Of a stretch of DNA of 44,821 nucleotides, positions 10,864 to 19,800 are shown piece by piece. Numbering within the stretch: the first letter of the stretch is position 1; the number at the start of each line of letters is the position of its first letter. The position numbers and the translations under genes are program-made. A model generated the notes under the pieces. The model ran no database searches. It saw only the letters and a program-made list of their open reading frames with translations, and was not told the origin of the DNA. The stretch lies in the sequence record SRR31156797_607; one strand, written 5' to 3'.

Positions 10864-13299
10864 TTAATTTAAATTTACCTGCACCTCTTTTTCTGCATTT
10901 AAATATAGTGTTAAAAGTGTATTTTTCACCTGATACTTACAACCTTGTACCTGAATATCATTTAAAGAAAAACCTTCACCAAGATCAATCATTACTTTTT
11001 GCTTTTCTTTAGATACCAGAGACAGTTCCACCTTTTTATTATCCCATTTTACAGAGTTGAATTTAATATTTCCTCTGGCTAACACTCCTTTTATTTCTCC
11101 CTTTTTCCAGTCATCCGGAATCGCAGGAAACAAGGTAATGTAACCAGGTTGACTATTCATAATCATTCGCGTCATTAAGGAAGGAATTCCTCCACTAATA
11201 TCCATATTAAATAAATTACCCGGATTATGTGTTGTGGCCATTCCATTCGTCCAATAAAAACGCGACAGATATTCCAGAATTTCAGCAGCGGTTTCTTTAT
11301 CTTTCATATTAACCGCAGCAAAACCCAGATGACACATACCAAAAGCCATTTCTCCACCCATCTGTTGTTTTCTTATTTTCATTCGTTCTACAATGGTCTT
11401 TTTAACAGCCTTTTTTAAGTTTTCTGACTGCATGATTTCCTGATCCGGAATTTCATATAAACCATACAAATGAGAAGCATGCCTGTGTGCCTGATTATCG
11501 GTTAATCCATCCCACATCCATTCTTTTAATACGCCATCATCGCTAATTTGATAGGTTGGTAAATGAGATAAAAATTTTTCCTTCTTGGTAATTTCTTTTT
11601 TACTTATTCCCAATACTTTTGCTGCGTCAATCCAGTTTTTTGTCAATTCTTTTATAATGGCAAAATCCATGGTTGCATTAACACAATTTTGCCAACGATG
11701 CTCTAAAGGATTGTTTTCCGGTGAATAAGAGGGAACTGAAATGTACTTGCCATCCTCACCCATAGTTAAAAAATCTTCCCAGAACATAAGCGCCTCATTC
11801 ATAAATGGGAAGGCATGTTCTTTTAAAAACTGAACATCATGCGTATATAAATAGTAATCATAAAAATACGAAGCTGCCCATCCTGCTCCTCCATTCCAAT
11901 ATTCCATACACCAGGTTTCATCATAATGATTATTTAAACCATGAGAACTGGTATGCGATGGCACATGAATACCTCGAACGCCATAAAACTGTTTGGCATT
12001 GGTTTTATAATCTTCCAAATTCTTTTCGTGATGATTAAAATAGCCCATCATCAGTTCAGGCATATTTCCATTTAAAAGATTAGAAATAGCTACCTGAACA
12101 TTTCCATCATGTGTAAAATCAGAACACCATGCCGGAGTCCAGGTTCCACTCCAGATACCTTGTAAATTGGGAGGATTTGTTCCTGCCGAACAAAGAATAT
12201 GATAGCGAGCAGCCTCAAACTGTCGTTGCAATAAACCGGGAGATGAAGCTTCACGAACTCTTGAAACCAGGGTTTCCGAATCCATTTCATCTTCTTCCTG
12301 AGTCGTTGCTAGTTTTAAGGAAACACGATTATACATCTCGCCATGCGACTGAATTTGATTATCTAATAAAACTGCATAATCTTTATTTACACTTTGTAAA
12401 TGATCACTTTCTTTCTTAATCATTAAGCTATTATCTCCATTGAACGGATTAATTTTAGCCAATACCAATACTTCATTCGCACCTTTGACTGTAAAATGAT
12501 CACCTTTTGCTATCACTTCACCACCCTTGGTTACTACTTTTAAAAGTCCATCATATCCATCCGGCGAATGCGAGTGAGGTTTGCCGTATTCCACATGATA
12601 ATGAAGCATCCCTTGATCCACCATAGTTTCGGAAACTTTGATCAGTTCATTTATCATGGCACTTTGCTCCCAGCTATGTGGATGTTTTCTTAAGAAGATA
12701 TCTGTTGTGATTGGTGCTGTTCCGGTTATTTGCACGACAATAACACTATCTGCACGCGAAACAAAGGTTTTTCTGCTAAATGAACCTCTTTGGTCTGTCC
12801 AGTTAACCACAGCCTCAGCTGTTTCATAATTAACCGTTCTATTATATGCTGACACATTTGAGGCTTGCATGTTAAAGCAAATATCTGCTGCAGGTACAAA
12901 TGGGTCAGTCCATTTTTTAGCACCATATCCTGCTTCTTTCCATAGTTTCACACCTAATTCTGCCACCTCCTGAAATTCACCTTTCATGGATAGCTCTTTT
13001 ATCTTAGGCTGATAAGTAGACATATCCGGCGGAATAACCGGAGCTTCATTAGGTAGAAACAAAAGAGCATGCGTTAGAATAATCGTTTCTTCAAAAGGCT
13101 GTCCAATAACCATGGCTCCCATTGTTCCATTACCCGACAGTATGGCTTCTTCCCAATTAGTTGCCGGAAGCCAGCTAACAAAACCTTTTTCGAGTTTTAT
13201 TAGTTCTTGCGCTGACAATTGTAACACGCATAACACATGCAAGAATATTAGACTAAAAAAGCCTTTTATGCTTTTTATATGAAAACCAGTTTTTAGCAT
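10864..13299 (-). CDS. GH95 alpha-L-fucosidase / alpha-L-galactosidase-like glycosidase (divergent)
   Basis: WEEAILSGNGTMGAM, PPNLQGIW, PSYSPEN, LKEW, HRHASHLYGLY, LFPAIPDDWKKGEIKGVLARG. Confidence 0.85.
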   Translation of the reverse strand: MLKTGFHIKSIKGFFSLIFLHVLCVLQLSAQELIKLEKGFVSWLPATNWEEAILSGNGTMGAMVIGQPFEETIILTHALLFLPNEAPVIPPDMSTYQPKIKELSMKGEFQEVAELGVKLWKEAGYGAKKWTDPFVPAADICFNMQASNVSAYNRTVNYETAEAVVNWTDQRGSFSRKTFVSRADSVIVVQITGTAPITTDIFLRKHPHSWEQSAMINELIKVSETMVDQGMLHYHVEYGKPHSHSPDGYDGLLKVVTKGGEVIAKGDHFTVKGANEVLVLAKINPFNGDNSLMIKKESDHLQSVNKDYAVLLDNQIQSHGEMYNRVSLKLATTQEEDEMDSETLVSRVREASSPGLLQRQFEAARYHILCSAGTNPPNLQGIWSGTWTPAWCSDFTHDGNVQVAISNLLNGNMPELMMGYFNHHEKNLEDYKTNAKQFYGVRGIHVPSHTSSHGLNNHYDETWCMEYWNGGAGWAASYFYDYYLYTHDVQFLKEHAFPFMNEALMFWEDFLTMGEDGKYISVPSYSPENNPLEHRWQNCVNATMDFAIIKELTKNWIDAAKVLGISKKEITKKEKFLSHLPTYQISDDGVLKEWMWDGLTDNQAHRHASHLYGLYEIPDQEIMQSENLKKAVKKTIVERMKIRKQQMGGEMAFGMCHLGFAAVNMKDKETAAEILEYLSRFYWTNGMATTHNPGNLFNMDISGGIPSLMTRMIMNSQPGYITLFPAIPDDWKKGEIKGVLARGNIKFNSVKWDNKKVELSLVSKEKQKVMIDLGEGFSLNDIQVQGCKYQVKNTLLTLYLNAEKEVQVNLN

Positions 13300-13331
13300 G
13301 TTATTTCAATTAAGTAAATGTTTTATTTTTT

Positions 13332-13364
13332 AAAAATCCCGACAAACATACGTCTGTCGGGATT
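13332..13364 (-). terminator. Rho-independent terminator after GH31
   Basis: Minus strand AATCCCGACAGAC-GTAT-GTTTGTCGGGATT followed by TTT: 13-bp stem with one G-U pair. Confidence 0.75.
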
Positions 13365-13390
13365 ATCACCAACTTTCCGTATTCTAAACA

Positions 13391-16255
13391 CTACGGCAAT
13401 TTAACCTGAACTTCTTTGCCTGAATAGCTTACCTTTTGACCTTTTAACTTATCAAATTCAAGACTCGCTTTATTTTGATTTGAAATAAATACAACTTCAA
13501 AGGTTCTTTCTGTTTGCATTCCTGCAAACTCTCCTTTCCTATCTCCGATGGTCAGTATACCATCATCTTCGGACCAGTTTAAAGTGATTGTACTAAAACT
13601 TCCTTTTTCATAATTATAATTTAAACCTTCATCTTCATAAAGTTTAAATTCTCCATTATCCCCAGTGTAAACCAAGAGTTTTAAAGGTGCATCCAGTTTT
13701 TGATCCGTATATTCTATTTCTGGTCCAACAGGTAAAACAGAACCTGCTTTTACAAACAATGGTAATTGTTCATAAGGCGCTGCAACGTTAATGATTTGTC
13801 CACCTTCAAATAATTCGCCATTGTAGGCATTATACCATTTACTGTTTGCAGGTAAATATACTTCTCGCTCACGAGCTCCATATTCATATACCGGACAAAC
13901 CATTAATGATGGTCCGAACATATACTGATCATCAACATCATGCACATTTTTGTCCGAAGTAAAATCCATGACTAAAGCACGCATAATTGTATAATCATCG
14001 AAATAAACCTGTCCTGCTAATGCATAAATATATGGCATTAAACGGTAGCGCAGTTTGTTGTAATAAACAATGCTTTGATAAGCTTTATGGGATTCCGGCG
14101 CAATATTAAAGACTTCGCGATAAGGAAACTGTCCATGAGATCGATACAAAGGAACAAAGGTTCCGAACTGATACCAACGGGTATTTAACTCACGCCATTC
14201 TGCTAAATCTTCGCTTCCTTCTTTGGCATTTTCATATCGTTTCTCCACACAGAACCCGCCAATATCCATAGTCCAATAAGGAATTCCTGACATAGCAAAA
14301 TTCATACCTGCCGTTATTTGCGCTTTCATATCTTCCCAACGTGTTCCAATATCACCACTCCAGGTTGCGGTTCCGTATCTTTGTAAACCGGCAAAACCTG
14401 AACGAGTTAATAAAAACACCCTTTTATCCGGGTCTACACTTCGCTGACCATTATAAATGGCATCAGCATTCATTAATGCATAGGTATTAAAGTACTCCGT
14501 TGAAGAACCGATTGCTGTTGGGCCACATAATTTTTTACGATATTCCATACTGGCATTGGATAAAATATCCGGCTCCGAAGCATCCATCCACCAGGCGTCC
14601 ATTCCTAAATCATAAATATTTTCTTTCATTTGTTTCCAGAATAGATCTCTGGCACCCTGACTGTAAGGATCATAAAATGACCCGATATAACCTTGCGCAA
14701 TCCAATCGCGAACACTGTCTTTTACAGCCTGCTGGTAGATATATCCTTTTTCATTTAGCTCCTTATAATTATCTGTATTGATATAAAATTTTGGCCATAC
14801 AGAAATCATGCATCGTGCATTCATATCATGAATATCATCCAACATTTTCTTTGGATTAGGGAATCTTTTGGCCTCAAACTTATGGCTGCCCCACTGATCC
14901 TCTTCCCAATACGACCAATCCTGCACAATATTATCAATTGGAATATGACGTTTACGGAACTCTGCTAATGTGCTTACAATTTCTTCCTGCGTTTTATAAC
15001 GCTCTCTACTTTGCCAAAAACCATATGCCCATCTAGGTAAAATAGTCGCTTTTCCAGTTAATTGACGATAACCACTAATCACCTCATCTATATTATCTCC
15101 ATGGATAAAATAATAATCCATCTCCTGTCCCATCTCTGAAGATAAAGCCAGTTTCCCTTGCTCTTCTTCGGCTCTTGGACTTAAAGCTTTTAAGCTGATA
15201 TATGAAACACCACCGTCGGGTTTCCAATCCAACTTAATTGGAACACGTTTTCCTTTCTCCAATTTTACAGTAAACTTATAGGTATTCGGATTCCAGGCAG
15301 TTCTCCAACGTTCTTTAACGGCCTCTTTACCATCAATTTCAACTTTGGTATATCCGGCATAGTATAATTTAAAATGATATTCTCCGGTTTCGGGAGCTTC
15401 TATTTCTCCTTCCCAAATAATATCTGAATTATTAAATGGGAATCCATCCGGAAACTTTTTTACTGCTTCTAAATGTTCGTAATCAATTTCTGCCTCTTCT
15501 TTTTGAACGAAAATACTTCCGTCTGCTGTTATATATTTTGCACTTAATCCTCCCTTTTCACCATCTTTATTGTAGAGGGTAAACTGAGACATCTGACCAT
15601 ACTCATTTGGATTTCCAAAACGGGTTAACGAATAATTGTCCCATAAAACTCCATAGTTTTTACTGGAAACCACAAAAGGCACTGAAACCTTGGTATTATA
15701 CTGGTATAATATTTCGTTTTTTCCTTTATAGTTCCACTCATCACTCTGGTGTTGACCCAAGCCATAGAAAGCTTCATCCTTTGGAGAGTTAAAAACTTGC
15801 TGAAATGAATATCCCTCGTATTCATCAACCGTAATAGGTTTAAATGTTTTTGATATAGAATTGTCTTCCTGTAGAATCGTATTTCCTTGCAGATCTGTAA
15901 AACTTACATGCCCGGTCGATAAATCAATATTTGCTTTTACTTTAGCAGTAGTTAATTCTACATGTCCTTCTTTTTCTGCAACAGTAAAATCTACTTTTGT
16001 ATTTACCTGAGGTACAATAATTAGGCTTTCACGCTTGATTAAGTCAGATTTTGGAGTCGTTACCACACGAAGTATTTCATCCGAAACTACCTGAACTTTT
16101 ACTTTTTGTGCATCATTTGAATGGGCACTTTGTAAATTCACAATTACACCATCATCCGCAATTTCGTATGATTTATTCTGACACCCGATAAAAATAAAAC
16201 TGCTAATGAGTGTTATAAAAACCTGATAAACTAATTTATTCGTTATACCCTTCAT
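13391..16255 (-). CDS. GH31 alpha-xylosidase with PA14 insertion, lipoprotein
   Basis: Lipobox FIGC, FYGLGQHQ, GFWQSRERY, NIVQDW, WWMDASEPD (nucleophile), WSGD, WTMDIGGF. PA14-like segment (IWEGEIEAPETGEYHFKLYYAGY) as in CjXyl31A/BoGH31A-type enzymes. Confidence 0.93.
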   Translation of the reverse strand: MKGITNKLVYQVFITLISSFIFIGCQNKSYEIADDGVIVNLQSAHSNDAQKVKVQVVSDEILRVVTTPKSDLIKRESLIIVPQVNTKVDFTVAEKEGHVELTTAKVKANIDLSTGHVSFTDLQGNTILQEDNSISKTFKPITVDEYEGYSFQQVFNSPKDEAFYGLGQHQSDEWNYKGKNEILYQYNTKVSVPFVVSSKNYGVLWDNYSLTRFGNPNEYGQMSQFTLYNKDGEKGGLSAKYITADGSIFVQKEEAEIDYEHLEAVKKFPDGFPFNNSDIIWEGEIEAPETGEYHFKLYYAGYTKVEIDGKEAVKERWRTAWNPNTYKFTVKLEKGKRVPIKLDWKPDGGVSYISLKALSPRAEEEQGKLALSSEMGQEMDYYFIHGDNIDEVISGYRQLTGKATILPRWAYGFWQSRERYKTQEEIVSTLAEFRKRHIPIDNIVQDWSYWEEDQWGSHKFEAKRFPNPKKMLDDIHDMNARCMISVWPKFYINTDNYKELNEKGYIYQQAVKDSVRDWIAQGYIGSFYDPYSQGARDLFWKQMKENIYDLGMDAWWMDASEPDILSNASMEYRKKLCGPTAIGSSTEYFNTYALMNADAIYNGQRSVDPDKRVFLLTRSGFAGLQRYGTATWSGDIGTRWEDMKAQITAGMNFAMSGIPYWTMDIGGFCVEKRYENAKEGSEDLAEWRELNTRWYQFGTFVPLYRSHGQFPYREVFNIAPESHKAYQSIVYYNKLRYRLMPYIYALAGQVYFDDYTIMRALVMDFTSDKNVHDVDDQYMFGPSLMVCPVYEYGAREREVYLPANSKWYNAYNGELFEGGQIINVAAPYEQLPLFVKAGSVLPVGPEIEYTDQKLDAPLKLLVYTGDNGEFKLYEDEGLNYNYEKGSFSTITLNWSEDDGILTIGDRKGEFAGMQTERTFEVVFISNQNKASLEFDKLKGQKVSYSGKEVQVKLP

Positions 16256-16280
16256 ATCTATATTACTTTATTTACATTTT

Positions 16281-17960
16281 TTACTGCGCACCATCCATTA
16301 TTGCCTGAATAGCATCAGAATGCACCTGAGCACCAGTTGCGCGATTAAACAATCCAAACCCTTGATTTCCTGTGTGTCCATTATCCCAGATAAATGGAAT
16401 CATTCCATTATCGATAGCAGCTTTAGTTACTGTTTTTAAAAAGTAGTTTCTGGAAGCCACATGGTTTTGGTAAGCATCTCCTGATAATTCTGATCTTAGA
16501 ATAGCTCCGTATTCTCCAAGAATTACAGGTATATCATTATCAACATATTTTTCTTTTACCAAAGCAAATTGTTCGTTTAAGTGATCCTCTTGTCCCCATT
16601 CAGACACATCTGTATATCCACTTCCCCATTGTGATTTAAAATCATTTGAAGTATCTCCTGTAAAATCCCAGGGATCATAATAATGTACCTCGGCCATTAG
16701 GCGATTCTCTACCTGATCAACAGGCATGGTGTGATATTGATACCCGTAAGTGATATTTGTATTATATGTTTGTACAATTAAGTTTCTATAAGCATTTTTA
16801 CCTCCGGTAGCACGCACGGCATCTACAAAAGTCTGGTTGAAAGACTCCTGAACCGTAATGTTTTCTGTTGTTGGAGGACTATAATTTTCGCGTACTTCAT
16901 TGGTTCCTGCAAACAGTAAATGTTCATCATAATCTCTAAAGAACTTAGCGATTTGAACCCAAAGTGCATATTGTTTTTTGTTAACATCGTCTTGGAATGC
17001 ATATAAGGGATGCTCTTCTAACCATCCTCCATCCCAATGTATATTGATAATAGCAAACATATTATTGTTGTAACAATAGTCTACTACCTCTTTTACCCTA
17101 TTTAACCAGCTTTCACTAATTTCGAATGTTTCATCGTTAACAATATAACTGTTCCAGGCACAAGGAATTCTAACGGCATTAAAACCCGCATTTTTTATTC
17201 CATTTATTAAATTTTGAGTTGTTTTAGGATTCCCCCAATCTGTTTCTCCTGTAGGTACCTCTAGTGAGTTACCTAAATTCCATCCTACAATTATTTCGGA
17301 TGCCAATGACATCGCATTTTTCTCAACGCCTGATTGTTCTGGTGTGATGCTCACATCAATGCCCTCTTGAGTGATTGTAGCTATTTCTTTTTTCCCGTTT
17401 AAAACAAACTCAATATTTCCTTCTCTTTTTAAGTATGAGTCGTTTGTTTCTGCAATAAAAACAAGGCTTGTATCTATAACTGATTTAAGATTTTTTTGTG
17501 AAAGCCAATCTGATAAAATATTTATGGTAAAGTCTCCTGATGTTTTTAGGCTGATATTAATATCGCCTCCTTCTGAAGAAATAGAATAGTTAGATACTTC
17601 GAGATTTAATAATGAGTTTGCTTGCTGATTGACATTTACTTGTTCGATCAGATCACCTGCCTCAACAGTAATTATTGCGGAACGGGCTTCTGTTGTTGTA
17701 TTTTCGTTTATGTTGATTGTTAAATTATATCCTCCTTTATTTCCACTCGATGGATTTATGGAACACCATGTTTCAGAGCAGGAAACAACCCAATCTTTAT
17801 TTGTTTTAATAAAAACACTTTTAGTTTCTCCTACGCCTAATACCTCAATTTCTTCTGTTGATATAAACAAACTACCATCTGCTTCTTTGGCATTTTCTGA
17901 GCAACCATTGGTTGATAAAATTAGAACTATGAATAAAACTATATGGAGATATTTCCTCAT
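16281..17960 (-). CDS. Lipoprotein GH5 (GH5_4-like) endo-xyloglucanase/endoglucanase with N-terminal BACON domains
   Basis: Lipobox TNGC. BACON-like W..S...WCSI.PSSG...N.....RSA.I.V repeated twice. GWNLGNSLE, GFNAVRIP, INIHWD, AGTNE (acid/base), HYYDP, ILGEYG (nucleophile), WDNG. Confidence 0.92.
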   Translation of the reverse strand: MRKYLHIVLFIVLILSTNGCSENAKEADGSLFISTEEIEVLGVGETKSVFIKTNKDWVVSCSETWCSINPSSGNKGGYNLTININENTTTEARSAIITVEAGDLIEQVNVNQQANSLLNLEVSNYSISSEGGDINISLKTSGDFTINILSDWLSQKNLKSVIDTSLVFIAETNDSYLKREGNIEFVLNGKKEIATITQEGIDVSITPEQSGVEKNAMSLASEIIVGWNLGNSLEVPTGETDWGNPKTTQNLINGIKNAGFNAVRIPCAWNSYIVNDETFEISESWLNRVKEVVDYCYNNNMFAIINIHWDGGWLEEHPLYAFQDDVNKKQYALWVQIAKFFRDYDEHLLFAGTNEVRENYSPPTTENITVQESFNQTFVDAVRATGGKNAYRNLIVQTYNTNITYGYQYHTMPVDQVENRLMAEVHYYDPWDFTGDTSNDFKSQWGSGYTDVSEWGQEDHLNEQFALVKEKYVDNDIPVILGEYGAILRSELSGDAYQNHVASRNYFLKTVTKAAIDNGMIPFIWDNGHTGNQGFGLFNRATGAQVHSDAIQAIMDGAQ

Positions 17961-17987
17961 CCTATTGATAATTGAATTGCTTAATTA

Positions 17988-18022
17988 CCGGGGAAAACAA
18001 ATATTTGATTTGTCTTCCCCGG
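17988..18022 (-). other. Stable intergenic stem-loop between susD and GH5 (no U tract)
   Basis: CCGGGGAAAACAAAT-ATTTG-ATTTGTCTTCCCCGG: 15-bp stem with one G-U pair on the minus strand. Confidence 0.75.
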
Positions 18023-18044
18023 AATTCATTTTAAATACTATTTA

Positions 18045-19775
18045 TTAATAACCAGGGTTTTGGTCAGCCTGCGAAATACCATCATTTCTTAGAATTTCTT
18101 CATAAGGAATCGGATATAGGAACTTATCTTCATCAACTTCAAAAGTTCTATAAGTACGCCAGTCTTGATAAGCACCTTCATCGCCTGGTGCTGTACCAAC
18201 ATTAGCAGGATATTCTTTATTCAAGAATTCTGTTAACATACCTGTACGTTTCATATCATAAAACAAGTTATACTCTGCATTATTCTCATGACGACGTTCC
18301 CAGTTACAAGCAAAAACACCTGCAGTTACAGAAGAATATCCTTTAGTACTATACAAGTCAGTATAATAAGTTTGTGCAGCAGGAACTACAACATAATCTG
18401 TATTCATAGGAATAGGATAAGTTGCATCTGTAGTTGCCAGGTTATTATCTACTTCCAAATTACCCCAGGCTCTATTACGAACTTCATCCAAAGCAGACCA
18501 TCCTGCTGCCACATCAGTATTAGTAACAAAACAACATTCGGCATAGTCTATTAAGATATTTGAATATCTCACATAACGCTCAGTGAATGGAGCATTAATT
18601 GTTGTCCAATAATCATTAGTCGTTCTCCAATATTTTAAGCTGGAAATATTAGGCATATATTCACCACCAATTTTAACATCCGGAGCCCATTGTGTACCTA
18701 AAACCTGTCCTGTCCAAGGATTCGTTTCACCTACAGAAACCATGGAAGCTTGTCTTCTTTTATCTCCTGCTTCAAATGAATTATAACATTCCCAGGAAAT
18801 AAATAAAGATCCCCAACCTCCAAATTCCATAGAAGCAGTCATATAACAAGCAAACATATAGTTATCCTCAGTTGGATCCCATCCATTAATACCGGAACGG
18901 TTATTACCATTATCAGTATAAAGAACCACACACCAAATATCTTCTTTTGTCCATGCTTTATCTGTATCAAACAATTGACTGTAACATGGTTCTAATTCAT
19001 ACACATCACTATCTATAATTTGTTTGTACAATGTTTTTGCTTGTGCATAATTATTTAAAAACATTTGAGCTTTAGCTTCATATGCCAAACAGAAACCTTT
19101 GGTAATGCGCCCATATTCATCTTTACGAGGCGTCCAATCAAGTGTTTTTGACGCAAACTGTAAATCCTCTAAAATAAATGCCCACGAAGCATCTTCACTT
19201 TCCGGACGTGGTTTAGACGGTGCATTAGCATATGTTTCACCAGTCTCTAACATAGGAACGCGACCAAAATTAACAACAAGGCTATAGTAGTTCCATGCTC
19301 TAATAGCTCTGGCTTCGGCTTCCATTTGTAACTTTAAATCATCTCCATTATCAATACCGGAAACATCAAAACTTTTTAAACCATCTAAAAATTGATTACA
19401 ACGTGCGATAGCTCTATAATGACCTTGCCAAACAGAAAGGAATTCACCATTTGTTGCTGTCCAGTCCTCTGTATTAAAAGCTTTATCCCATCCTGAAGCT
19501 TGTGTATCTAAAGTCGGGTGATTAGCTAACATAAATTGAGGCTTAAAACCCCATAATGAAGCATCATCAGCATCTACATTTTTTTTAGTTGGATAAAAAG
19601 TATCATACAAACCTATTAATCCAGCTTCTGCATTGTCCTCTGATTCAAACATAAAATCAGATGACAAGTAAGTATATTTTTCTACCTCCAGGAAATCTTC
19701 ATTTTTACATGAAAAACATCCTAAAGCTAAGGCCAGTATGCTGGCCGCTAACATGAATTTATATATTGTTCTCAT
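18045..19775 (-). CDS. susD: SusD/RagB family glycan-binding outer-membrane lipoprotein
   Basis: Lipoprotein signal (LGCFSCKNED), W..HYRAIARCN, AEARAIRAWNY..LV..FGRVP, GRITKG, RYSNILIDYAE, ERRHE, LYPIP...QNPGY. Directly downstream of susC. Confidence 0.95.
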   Translation of the reverse strand: MRTIYKFMLAASILALALGCFSCKNEDFLEVEKYTYLSSDFMFESEDNAEAGLIGLYDTFYPTKKNVDADDASLWGFKPQFMLANHPTLDTQASGWDKAFNTEDWTATNGEFLSVWQGHYRAIARCNQFLDGLKSFDVSGIDNGDDLKLQMEAEARAIRAWNYYSLVVNFGRVPMLETGETYANAPSKPRPESEDASWAFILEDLQFASKTLDWTPRKDEYGRITKGFCLAYEAKAQMFLNNYAQAKTLYKQIIDSDVYELEPCYSQLFDTDKAWTKEDIWCVVLYTDNGNNRSGINGWDPTEDNYMFACYMTASMEFGGWGSLFISWECYNSFEAGDKRRQASMVSVGETNPWTGQVLGTQWAPDVKIGGEYMPNISSLKYWRTTNDYWTTINAPFTERYVRYSNILIDYAECCFVTNTDVAAGWSALDEVRNRAWGNLEVDNNLATTDATYPIPMNTDYVVVPAAQTYYTDLYSTKGYSSVTAGVFACNWERRHENNAEYNLFYDMKRTGMLTEFLNKEYPANVGTAPGDEGAYQDWRTYRTFEVDEDKFLYPIPYEEILRNDGISQADQNPGY

Positions 19776-19800
19776 TGTATTTTCAGTTTATGATATGCCA

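Noticed and set aside
17371-18554. Plus-strand ORFs 17371-17589, 17629-18048 and 18288-18554, and the other short track ORFs nested in long genes
   Set aside because: They are antisense or off-frame shadows of well-supported CDSs and show no recognisable motifs.
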